This document shows, in pieces, positions 42,673 through 52,239 of a stretch of 64,000 nt of DNA (its first letter is position 1; each line of letters begins with the position of its first letter). Made by a program: the position numbers and the translations under genes. Below the pieces are notes generated by a model. That model was not told the DNA's origin and made no database searches. It was given only the letters and a program-made list of their open reading frames with translations. This DNA is from a virus, in IMG/VR virus record IMGVR_UViG_3300033153_009397, positions 1 through 64,000 of that record; one strand, given 5' to 3'.

Positions 42673-44013
42673 ATGGAAAAAATGAAGAAAATCAAAGAGA
42701 TGGAAAACTATGCTTGGGCTAAGAAACAAGCAGATAAGTGGAATACTGGTTTGATAAAAGCCAAAAAAGAGCTGAAGCTAAGCAATGATAGAATACTAGC
42801 CATGTCTCCAGCTAATGACCCGTACTGGATGACCCCAGCCAAATTGATGAAAGCTAAGTGGGCAGAAGAAATAATGGAAGAAACAATCACACCTCATTTA
42901 GAAAGGATAGGTGTTAGAGATATTCATTTACGAGATATTCATTATACTCTTACTAGCAGCGAGCTACAAGAAACGTGGGATGGAGAAAGATATCTTAATA
43001 CTGTTGGTTGTTGGTCAGACCTTATCAAAGCTTTTGCTGTGGCAAGGTATACTGGTCTAATAGATTGGAGACTTATTAGGGATAATAAAAATATCTTGTA
43101 TCAGCGTACTAGATATGGAAACAATAAAACTTTTATGGGGAATTTGATTGAGGGGAAGGATAGTTTAACTGTAGATAATATTATCTACGAAACTTTACTT
43201 TTCAGATTTGGGGATATGCTTAATCCATGGAACTGGATGCCTATTCATATTGAAATTTGGACTGAGAAAGACCTAGCTTTGTTAGAGCTAATTTGTAGCA
43301 AACATAAAGTCAATATGGTAGTAGGAGAAGGTGAAACTTCTATTACTCAAGTGTTTCAGTTGGTTGAACGTATAAGGAAAGCTGGTAAACCTACCAGAAT
43401 AGCTTATATAGCCGACTGTGATGTAGTAGGTTCAAATATGAGCAAGGCTATGGCAAGGAAACTTGAATTTTTGCTTAATAAGTTACTTGGTGAAGAAAAG
43501 CGTGATGTCAAGGTTATACCTCTTATGCTTACTCCCACGCAAGTTGATGATTATGGATTGCCTACTATTCCGATGAAGCCATCTAAGTCTGGAGCTTATG
43601 AAACTCGTAAAGACCAGTGGTTAGCATCCAGAGGTATGGATGGAGCAGTGGAAGTTAATGCCTTTCATGCTCTTTATCCAGATGATTTTAAATTTATTGT
43701 GGAGAGTTTTATTTCTAGTTACAAAGATGAGAAGATGTGGAAAAGAGTTAAGGAATTTAATGGGACGGTAAGAGACTTTGTTAGAGAACAAATTGATTGT
43801 AGCAATGTAGATATTAGTAGTCTTATCAAGGCTATTGAGTCCGTTGACTGGGTTAAAGTAGAAAAAGAGTATCATGACAATGTGGATGAGATTGGAGAAA
43901 GTGAATTATCCTATGGTTACAAAGACCAAAAATATAGGTGGTTGCTGGATACTGAAAGAAACTATTTTGAACAGTTGTGGGCTTACAACAGATATGAAAA
44001 TGGTGAATTGTAA
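42673..44013 (+). CDS. Topo VI-A/Spo11-like toprim protein
   Basis: LRDIHY, ARY.G.I..IRD, EIWTEKD, YIADCD..G and LT..QV..YGLP motifs. Confidence 0.7.
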   Translation: MEKMKKIKEMENYAWAKKQADKWNTGLIKAKKELKLSNDRILAMSPANDPYWMTPAKLMKAKWAEEIMEETITPHLERIGVRDIHLRDIHYTLTSSELQETWDGERYLNTVGCWSDLIKAFAVARYTGLIDWRLIRDNKNILYQRTRYGNNKTFMGNLIEGKDSLTVDNIIYETLLFRFGDMLNPWNWMPIHIEIWTEKDLALLELICSKHKVNMVVGEGETSITQVFQLVERIRKAGKPTRIAYIADCDVVGSNMSKAMARKLEFLLNKLLGEEKRDVKVIPLMLTPTQVDDYGLPTIPMKPSKSGAYETRKDQWLASRGMDGAVEVNAFHALYPDDFKFIVESFISSYKDEKMWKRVKEFNGTVRDFVREQIDCSNVDISSLIKAIESVDWVKVEKEYHDNVDEIGESELSYGYKDQKYRWLLDTERNYFEQLWAYNRYENGEL

Positions 44014-44101
44014 TGAATAAGAGAATACTAATAAAAAGGTTAAAGAGGTTTTTGAGCTCGAGAAAATGTAGGAAATGGAAAAAAGGAAGAAGTGATGAAA
44101 A

Positions 44102-45665
44102 ATGATATGGCAGACAACTATTTATTGCCCCGATAACACTTGTAAATACAATTCTAACTATAAGTGTCAAAAAGATTTTATACAATTAGAGTTTGAAGAC
44201 CAAGAGATACCTTCTTTTGTGTGCACTGATTACGAGTTTAAATCTTCGATAAAAAGCAAAAAATCGAATTTTGCTTTAGGAGAAGGTGATAATCTATGAC
44301 TGAAGTACATTGTAGGTGTGGAAAGGAAAGAGATGATAAAACAATTGATAAGAAACAGAGTTTTAAAAATATGCATAAAGAGATGATGAAACATATTAAT
44401 TCACGTGTAAAACTTGACCAAGAACGAATATTAAACAAAATAATTTCTGAAATGGTATTAAACGATGAAGAAATGATTGTTTCTAGTCTACTTTCAAGAT
44501 ATACTAAGTTGCCATTAGTACAGCAAGATGAGGATATTTTACAGATACTTTATAAGTATACAAATAGAAGAGGAATAAAAAATGACCAAGGTAAGAATTG
44601 AAGAAGGAGAAACGCTAATAGAAGCGTTGTTGAAAAGGAAAGAATTAGCTAATGGGGATGTATTAGAGCTTTATAAAGACGAGGCTGTTTTACATCTCTT
44701 GAAAAAACAAGCTGACCTCAAAGCGGATTTGAAGAAAATTGATGAGGTCTTAAAGCTTGTTGATAAAGAGGCGATTAAACGTCTCAGACGTAGAAACGTT
44801 ACTACTGCAGAGGATGATGAGATAAAAGTAACTCTTGTGAGTTATTCTCAACGTTCTGTGGATAAAGATAAACTAGGTGAGTATCTTTCTACTCAAGGAA
44901 AGAGTTTGGAAGAGTTCGAGGAAATCAAGAAAGTAGAATATGTGAGGAGAAAGCTTAAATGAGTTTCCTCTCATTTATTCTCTTATTTATTATAGGCTCT
45001 CTTGCTACGGCTATTGCTACTCTATTGTTATCTGTCTTTAAAATTGTAAGACTGATTGGGGTAGATAGATATCTGTTGATTATGTCTTTGTTAGGAGTAA
45101 TGATTTCTGGTTGCTATTTGTGGTGGAGTAGATTATGAGGAGATATTGGAACTCTGAACGTGTAATAAGGTCTATAGAGACCTTTATTCATGAGACTGGA
45201 TACTTTCCTACCAAGAAGGATTTTAATGGGTTAGAATGTCTACCCTCTTATTCTACTTATCAGAGTATCAACATAGGAAGAAATATCGAACAGATTGAAC
45301 AGCTACGTGAACAGTTACGGGCTGAAAATCGAACTTTTTTTCCTCGTCTTAATTACCCTCGCTCTAAGATGATAAATATCGTTAAAGAATATAGAAATCG
45401 TACTGGCACCCCGTTCTTTTTAGAGATGGATAGGTTTTTCTATATAATTACTCTTCATGATGGATTGAGAATATCTTTTTTTGATACTCCCTTTGTTTTG
45501 GGGCATAAGCATCGCTATGAAGAGCTTAAGGACGAAGTTATGTTTGTCAATCCTTGTAAGGTTGAATGGGTATTGCAAAATATGGGTTTTCTTGCTGAAT
45601 GTAAACAAAAAAATAAAAAAGAGGAGGATGAAGTTTCTACTCTGATAAGCTCTCTTCTAGAATAG
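44102..45665 (+). CDS. Hypothetical ORFs (44102-44299 Cys-rich, 44296-44601, 44582-44962 coiled-coil, 44959-45138 two-TM peptide, 45135-45665)
   Basis: Coupled ORFs; 44959-45138 read manually (59 aa, hydrophobic). Confidence 0.55.
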
Positions 45666-45952
45666 TATCACGTTTTGACAGATAAGGAATTGTTGCTTTT
45701 AATGGAGTTCTAGTCATTTTAGACAATTCTTTGTTTTGTGTAAATTCTTTGCTTAGTTGGTTCATTAGACTTACTATATTTTTTATTGTTTTTTTCTTGA
45801 TAGCAAAAAGAAAAGTAACTACTTTTTTATGAGATAGATATTGACAATCTAGTAATTCATCTGGATGATTATTAAGTAGTATGTCTCTAACAATGTTAAA
45901 AATGTCATAGTTACAAGACATGATATTTATTCTTACAGCCTCACACATAACC

Positions 45953-46180
45953 TCACACATCTTTATGCATCCTTGTAATGTGAACACTTTTTCCTCTTTT
46001 GGTAGAAAATACTCTTCCACAATGTTCACAGACATATCCAACTTCTGCTGCCTCATAGTTGTCAGTTGAGTCCGTATATGCTGTACTAGTGTGTACCCAA
46101 GTACGTCCACTATCAGTTGAATCTATCATAACAATGGGTTCTTTCTTTTCTTCCTTTTTCTTTCTTTTGAAAAATTTCAT
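45953..46180 (-). CDS. C2H2 zinc-finger protein
   Basis: YVCEHCGRVFSTKRGKSVHITRMH. Confidence 0.75.
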   Translation of the reverse strand: MKFFKRKKKEEKKEPIVMIDSTDSGRTWVHTSTAYTDSTDNYEAAEVGYVCEHCGRVFSTKRGKSVHITRMHKDV

Positions 46181-46542
46181 TCTTTTATCACTGTCCTTTT
46201 TATCTGCCTATTTTCTACTTCTCTGAGTTTGGCCCGTTTGTAGACCTTTTTTTCTCTGCCAAGTATTTCTTTTTTCAGTTTTCTAAATTCTTTCAGTCTA
46301 TCTGGCTTTATTCTGTATACTGGTGTTAGATGTGAGTCTTTTGGATGTCCTTTTTCTAGCAGTTCTGCATAGCTAAATGGATTGATATGGTAATGTACTG
46401 TTCCAGATTTCTTACCTACTTTTTCGCATATTTCACGAATACTCCACCACTGTAAGTTCCCTTCTTCATCAGTTTCTTCTAATAAATCAAGGATAACTTC
46501 TTTGGTGGACTTGGCCTTAACGTCGTCACTTTTTAATGGCAT
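46177..46542 (-). CDS. Winged-HTH DNA-binding protein
   Basis: SIREICEKVGKKSGTVHYHI. Confidence 0.7.
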   Translation of the reverse strand: MPLKSDDVKAKSTKEVILDLLEETDEEGNLQWWSIREICEKVGKKSGTVHYHINPFSYAELLEKGHPKDSHLTPVYRIKPDRLKEFRKLKKEILGREKKVYKRAKLREVENRQIKRTVIKE

Positions 46543-46602
46543 TTTAATCTATGTAAACATTTAGACATCTACTATAAAAATCTATTGTTCTCATTATTAA
46601 GG

Positions 46603-46881
46603 TCATTTTTCAATGATTTTGTTGAACCTTAGTTTATTGTCGAAGGTACGTAGAATAATTGTGTCTTGAAGAAGTTCAAAAATAAGGGAAGAGTATCGTT
46701 TACCTCTGAAATAAGTATGAGGGTTCATAGTGAGAAATGCTTTTTTCAATTCTTCATGAGTTAGAGAACCCTCTCTTCGAAGAATAAAAATAATACTATT
46801 AATAGCAGCACGTTTATGGATAAACTCCATATTTCTACTAATATAAACTTCATTATTTTTGTATGGCAAAAAAATCATCAA
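46603..46881 (-). CDS. Small wH-like protein downstream of PolB
   Basis: ILRREGSLTHEEL pattern; overlaps the PolB stop. Confidence 0.45.
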   Translation of the reverse strand: MMIFLPYKNNEVYISRNMEFIHKRAAINSIIFILRREGSLTHEELKKAFLTMNPHTYFRGKRYSSLIFELLQDTIILRTFDNKLRFNKIIEK

Positions 46882-49800
46882 CTTGTGTATTAATTATTTT
46901 CTTTTTAGGCATTGTATCTTTTACTGGTTGTATTAATTGTTTAAAAACATTATTGAGTCTTTTGATATATTCTTGGTAGTCTAAATCCCTTTTTTTGGCT
47001 ATTTCTATGGGTTCCACGCCTAGTATTTTATTATCCATGGACGGTTTATCAATGACGTAAACAAAGTCGATAAATGAGCCTTTTCTCATGATGATATTTT
47101 CATCAATAGGATGTTTACTGGATGATTGAATAGCTTCAACTAATTTTTTGGCAGCACGAACATGAGGAGCTCTTTGTTGAGTATATTTAGAAAGAGGACG
47201 AGAAAGCTGTTTAGTAATCTTATAATCTTCAATACTGCCATGTTTTAATCGTATACCTCTAACAAATTTATCTCTAATGGCAATAAGATTGAAGTAAAGT
47301 TCTTTAATTTGCTCGGGACGGTTAAATTTTTCAATGGCTGCTATCCACTCATTGAAAGCTTGCTGTATGATGAGAGGGGTATCTCTCTTCTTGCCAACTA
47401 ATCCTTTAATTGTTTTATGAAGCTTACCGTCTTTTTGTTCAATAACTACATAGTTTTTCTTTTTATGCAGTACAAGTATTAAGCCCGTTTCTTCTATATC
47501 TATGTCTACATCATATTTTTCACTAATTTTTGGCTGCATTGTTTCTTTAAAGTGATTTACATCTAAACCTTTAATGAAAACACTGTCGGTATTATGTACA
47601 ATTAGTTCTCCCACCCCAGCATGAAAATGATGGTTGTAAGTTGTAAGGTCGTATACATTTTCTTCTTCTTCTCTTAATAGTTCTATTTTTTTTATTTTTG
47701 TTGAGGAGTATCTTTGGTTGTTATTTGATATATTAAGACGAAATATATCTAATTTATCTCTTCTGGTATTAATAGAAACTTTATATCCTATTGACTTGGC
47801 GAGAAAATAGAGTCCTTGAGCTCCTATTTTACCTTTAATATCACATCTTAAGGAACCACTTTTTTTATCTCCATCCCCTCGATAATATCCTTCAAAGAAG
47901 GCTTTTTTTATCTCCTTTTTGCTATTAAGTATAATTGAAGGTATTTTCTTGTAACCATCTTCTGTGTATAAACTTAGATAGATTTTTACCATATCTTTTA
48001 TGTTGCCTTTTGGTATAACTCTATATATTTTCGTACTCTTTCTGATATCTATGATTTTGAAGTCAGTAAAATGTCCGTAGACTTTGAGTAATTTCTTTTT
48101 TAATTCCTTCATTAGTGGTAAATTATTTTTTCCTATATACCAAGAGTATTTTGTTCCCCATTTGGTATTATAAATACCACAACTACCATCGGCAAGAAAT
48201 AAACCCATTATCCAAGCTTCGTCTTTGGAAATATAATTCATGTTACTTTTTATTTCTGGAAAAGAGTGTAAAAGTTTATCACCAATTAGTATCTCAGAAG
48301 GTCTAACTATATTATTATTGGGTTTTAATAATGAATGGTCTTCTGTAACATCTACACAACCAGTATGAGTTAGTATTCTATAAATTTTCTTTTTGGTTTT
48401 GTGTTTATGTATTTTTAGAATTCTTGTCCAACCTTTTTCTGTCCACACTCTTAGATTTTCTCTAAATTCATGGTTTTCTAATTCTTTTATTGGCATGATT
48501 TCTATGTAACCATCTAAGTTGGTTATTATTGGTGTATCTGCTGTTACACTATCTCCATAGAATACGGTTAAACCTTCTGCTTCAAATGTTTCTTTGATGC
48601 CAATAAGGGTATCTCGTCCAGTGGCTGTTACACACTCTGCAACTGGACCGCAGAAAAAGGGGAAAGATTCAAAACCAGCAACTCCATAACTGGCATTGAT
48701 GATTACTTTTAGCCATTGTTCAATAACTTTGGCTATAGCATTAGTATTTTTCATGGGCTTATAATAGTAAACTCTTGCATCCTTGATGAAACCAACAACT
48801 GAAGGAAAGAGACCAATGTATTTGGTACAAACTTGATGATAAGCACCTTCAGAAACTTTTATTTTATTATCTTTACATTCTTCATGACCACAATTCATTG
48901 TAGTATAACATAAGTTATGGTTTACAATCATGGTGGGATAAAGAGAGGCTACATCAGCAACAATAATATCGTAGTGTACTCCTTTTTCCGGCTCAATGAC
49001 TATTGCTCCTCCATATCTCTTACCAGTGGTTGAAGCGGAAAGTATTTTTCCTATTGCACTTAATTCAATACGAGAAATGGCTAACATGTTGTAGAAATGA
49101 AGGGCACGATAGAATATATTTGATATAATAGCCGAAACTTGTCGTCTAACAGCACTTTCTACTGTTAAATGACCCATCCTCATTGCCATACAAATAAGTT
49201 TCATTACTACTTCATTGTCAAAAGTAGCCAGTTTTAAGCAAAGAGATGTATCTTGAGCATTGTAATATAGTAATTCTTGCATACAGAGGTCTGTTACTCT
49301 TCCTTCATAGTCATATTTTGTCTCTCCTATGAGTTCTTTTGATACATCATCAAGAGAGTTTTGTTTGTATTTGTTTTTAAAAGCGTAATTTTTAATGCTT
49401 GGATTAGAAAAGAATGGATAAAGGTCAATGAGGAACTTGTCTTTCAATCCTTTTACTATGCGGTCTTTTTTCTTATATGTTCTATCTTCATCTTCTGGTC
49501 GCATAAATCCCCATATTCTACTATCATAAATTCCCAGATATTTCATTCTGGTGACAATATAGGGAATATCAAACATATCAAGGTTATATCCTACCACGAA
49601 TTTTTGTTTCATAGCAAATAAGAATATCATAAATTTCTTTAGGAGTTCCACTTCATTATCACATATTCTAATAAGATGATTAGGATGTTTGAGGTTAAAT
49701 TTTTTGACTTTTATTTTTCTGACCTCATCTGATATAACGAATGATAGGTGATGAATATCATCTCCTTTGTACCAACTCAAGGTAATGGAAGAAATAGGTG

Positions 49801-50482
49801 AAACCGCCTCAAACGAATTTAAGGCATCTCTAAAGTTAAAATCTATTTCGATATCTAACGCTACCAGATGCTCCTTAAATTGTGGGAACGGAGTAGTGAA
49901 GATACTCATCATCCAATCATACATTTTTTTTGGTAGTTCTTTTTTGTATCTTTCTATTTGTTTTAGATTATAAATAGGGTGATGTTTTACATGGTACCAA
50001 TCAATCTCTGGAGATATAGTTGATATATTATAAGGCATACCAATTGTAATATTATGTTCTATGTTAAAGAGGTCGGCATATTTTATATGGTTGTTATATA
50101 CGAAAGTAGGAAGCAAAAGTTGACTTAGTCCAGTTCCAGTATCTCTATCTGTAACATATCTAGGTTGAGTAACTATAACTTTGGTTACCTTCATTTTTTT
50201 TCGTGTTCTGGGATGAATTTTATCTACTTCTTCACATCCTATAACTTTTTTATTGTTCCAATATGGTTCTCCCCGTTCATTTAGTTTAACATATCCACAT
50301 TCTCTTACTTTTTCGATGTTTAAGAGCTGTGATTCTTTTAATCTGGTATAAAAATAGGGTCGGTGAGATTTTCCATGCGGTATCTCGGTTAATTTTCCAG
50401 TTTCATCATTCCAGAAGATTAATACTTGTCCCGTTCTGCTTCCTTCTTTATTATATTTAGTGCTTATCAGCCATTCGGTCAT
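46853..50482 (-). CDS. polB: Family B DNA polymerase (PolB1-like) with an intein
   Basis: Exo motifs DIE, YNLDMFD, YNAQD; polymerase motifs DVASLYPT, KVIINASYG, YGD|TDS, KKNY. Confidence 0.96.
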   Translation of the reverse strand: MTEWLISTKYNKEGSRTGQVLIFWNDETGKLTEIPHGKSHRPYFYTRLKESQLLNIEKVRECGYVKLNERGEPYWNNKKVIGCEEVDKIHPRTRKKMKVTKVIVTQPRYVTDRDTGTGLSQLLLPTFVYNNHIKYADLFNIEHNITIGMPYNISTISPEIDWYHVKHHPIYNLKQIERYKKELPKKMYDWMMSIFTTPFPQFKEHLVALDIEIDFNFRDALNSFEAVSPISSITLSWYKGDDIHHLSFVISDEVRKIKVKKFNLKHPNHLIRICDNEVELLKKFMIFLFAMKQKFVVGYNLDMFDIPYIVTRMKYLGIYDSRIWGFMRPEDEDRTYKKKDRIVKGLKDKFLIDLYPFFSNPSIKNYAFKNKYKQNSLDDVSKELIGETKYDYEGRVTDLCMQELLYYNAQDTSLCLKLATFDNEVVMKLICMAMRMGHLTVESAVRRQVSAIISNIFYRALHFYNMLAISRIELSAIGKILSASTTGKRYGGAIVIEPEKGVHYDIIVADVASLYPTMIVNHNLCYTTMNCGHEECKDNKIKVSEGAYHQVCTKYIGLFPSVVGFIKDARVYYYKPMKNTNAIAKVIEQWLKVIINASYGVAGFESFPFFCGPVAECVTATGRDTLIGIKETFEAEGLTVFYGDSVTADTPIITNLDGYIEIMPIKELENHEFRENLRVWTEKGWTRILKIHKHKTKKKIYRILTHTGCVDVTEDHSLLKPNNNIVRPSEILIGDKLLHSFPEIKSNMNYISKDEAWIMGLFLADGSCGIYNTKWGTKYSWYIGKNNLPLMKELKKKLLKVYGHFTDFKIIDIRKSTKIYRVIPKGNIKDMVKIYLSLYTEDGYKKIPSIILNSKKEIKKAFFEGYYRGDGDKKSGSLRCDIKGKIGAQGLYFLAKSIGYKVSINTRRDKLDIFRLNISNNNQRYSSTKIKKIELLREEEENVYDLTTYNHHFHAGVGELIVHNTDSVFIKGLDVNHFKETMQPKISEKYDVDIDIEETGLILVLHKKKNYVVIEQKDGKLHKTIKGLVGKKRDTPLIIQQAFNEWIAAIEKFNRPEQIKELYFNLIAIRDKFVRGIRLKHGSIEDYKITKQLSRPLSKYTQQRAPHVRAAKKLVEAIQSSSKHPIDENIIMRKGSFIDFVYVIDKPSMDNKILGVEPIEIAKKRDLDYQEYIKRLNNVFKQLIQPVKDTMPKKKIINTQVDDFFAIQK
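47591..48550 (-). mobile_element. Intein (320 aa) with an in-frame LAGLIDADG domain at the YGD/TDS site
   Basis: Starts SVTADTP; VTEDHS; GLFLADG and EGYYRGDG; VYDLT; ends HN followed by Thr. Confidence 0.95.
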
Positions 50483-50747
50483 TTTTTATACTCTCCATTT
50501 TTAGTCCAGCTTTATCCATCTGGAATTTAACGAATCTTACATGATTTTTATGGCTTATTTCTTCTTTTGTACAGTGGTCTATTATCTGCAACCGTAGTTC
50601 TTCCAGAAAGTCCATTAGTGGTAGTTTATCCATTGGTAAAAACCCATTTTCGTCAAACTCATTTAGTTGTGTTGCTGCAGCAAGTAGAATACTGTAGAAC
50701 ATGTTCGCTTTTTCTTTACCAAATATTATTTTTATTTCTTCTTCCAT
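50457..50747 (-). CDS. Hypothetical protein
   Basis: Between the MTase and PolB, overlapping both. Confidence 0.55.
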   Translation of the reverse strand: MEEEIKIIFGKEKANMFYSILLAAATQLNEFDENGFLPMDKLPLMDFLEELRLQIIDHCTKEEISHKNHVRFVKFQMDKAGLKMESIKNDRMADKH

Positions 50748-51567
50748 ATTTATTTAACCTCTTTTTTGTTGCTTCTACATATGATTTGGCTATATCGCAG
50801 CCATAGAAGTTGCAGCCTAAATGATTAGCTACTAAGGCAGTTGTTCCTCCACCCATAAATGGGTCATATACTGTAAAATTTTCTTTTCTATCATAATCCC
50901 AGTGAACTTTTATGCATGTTTCTGGGAATTCTGGAGGAAATTCTGTTGGGTTGAATCTTTTGACGTTTTGATTGTATTTTAATATGTTTATATCCCATAC
51001 ATCTCCTCTATCTCTGAATACTTTACCATACATCTCCATTTGTCTTTGTCTGGAAGCTTCATATCTTTTATCCATCAAATAGGCCTTACTATATTCTGTT
51101 CCTATTCGGGATTTATCTAATTTGTGGTCACCTTTAGCAAACATGAATACATATTCTTTATATATCGAAAACTTTTTTACATATTTTGTCGGGGCGATAG
51201 GTTGCTTATTAGGCATAAACCATATAATATCTTGAATGAATTTCCATTCGGAGTGGTCTTCTATTTTTTGTACAATTGTTCCCATTGCCTTAAAATATGT
51301 AGAAATCTCTTTGGTATTGGGTTTGAGGTTTAAAAACATTAATGCCCCATCATTGCATATTTTGTCGGTGGGGTGAAGGCTATAAATTATAGTGTCCATC
51401 CACTCTTGTAAAGGTAAATTATCGCTGGTTGCAGCGTAGATTTTTCCTATGTTATACTGGGGTGAAGTACATATTACATCTACTTTTGGTTTATTGTAAG
51501 AATGTATCAGCCCGTAGATATAATTATGAAAATCTAAGGCATCATGACATAGAAGTATTTGTTCCAT
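50716..51567 (-). CDS. Beta-class N4-cytosine DNA methyltransferase
   Basis: TSPQY motif precedes YDPFMGGGTT. Confidence 0.88.
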   Translation of the reverse strand: MEQILLCHDALDFHNYIYGLIHSYNKPKVDVICTSPQYNIGKIYAATSDNLPLQEWMDTIIYSLHPTDKICNDGALMFLNLKPNTKEISTYFKAMGTIVQKIEDHSEWKFIQDIIWFMPNKQPIAPTKYVKKFSIYKEYVFMFAKGDHKLDKSRIGTEYSKAYLMDKRYEASRQRQMEMYGKVFRDRGDVWDINILKYNQNVKRFNPTEFPPEFPETCIKVHWDYDRKENFTVYDPFMGGGTTALVANHLGCNFYGCDIAKSYVEATKKRLNKYGRRNKNNIW

Positions 51568-51653
51568 TATATCAATCCTAAATATATTAATACTTGTTTT
51601 ACAGTAAATATAGTTATTACAATGTACAAAATTATCAAGAATTCACTCGTCAT
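51567..51653 (-). CDS. 28 aa hydrophobic peptide
   Basis: MTSEFLIILYIVITIFTVKQVLIYLGLI; leaderless after a TATA at about 51680; TAATG-coupled to the MTase. Confidence 0.4.
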   Translation of the reverse strand: MTSEFLIILYIVITIFTVKQVLIYLGLI

Positions 51654-51745
51654 AATTAAAAGTAAGACCTAACATATTTAAATATTTCTAACATTACGGT
51701 TCGGGCACGGGAAAATTGTACCAAAAATTTTTTCAAAAATGGTGA

Positions 51746-52113
51746 TTAAGGGATTTGGTCTAAGAAGTGAGAAATTTCATCGGTTTTTTCTTGGATTTTT
51801 CGCTGGTAATAGGCTTTTTTACCACGACTGGTAGTAGTTCTGCGAAGCTCAAGATAGCCGTCTATTTTACCTACTAAGTTGCGTAAATGATGTACGTAAC
51901 CTCGTACTTCATCACGAGTGTAGGTCTCCCTCGTCATTTTTTACCCTTTCTTTGTTTTTTGTAGTGTTCATCAATTCGTTTGTTATATTCATCGATAAGT
52001 TGTTCTGCCGCTTTGGGAAAGGCTTCTCGTTTTTTTCTCAGCTCTTTTGCTAATTGCTCAGAGGACATCTTTTTAATTTTTTCTTGGTCATCGACATCTT
52101 TATTGTAACTCAT
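51746..52113 (-). CDS. Two small helical proteins (51934-52113, 51746-51937)
   Basis: GGTGA RBS before 52113; ATGA coupling. Confidence 0.55.
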
Positions 52114-52123
52114 CTAATCACCA

Positions 52124-52194
52124 TGCATAAGGAGGTTTCTGGGCAAGGAAATGACCGAGAACCTTGCCTCAGAAGAATTAGCTGCACTTACGCA
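52124..52194 (-). ncRNA. Structured RNA (sRNA or 5' leader) with a 13 nt loop UUCUCGGUCAUUU
   Basis: TATA 29 nt upstream; 8 bp outer stem with a G-U pair on the minus strand; 12 bp inner stem with one bulge. Confidence 0.6.
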
Positions 52195-52239
52195 ATATAC
52201 AAAGGGTACCGAACTATTTAAATTTATTGATGTAGAATT

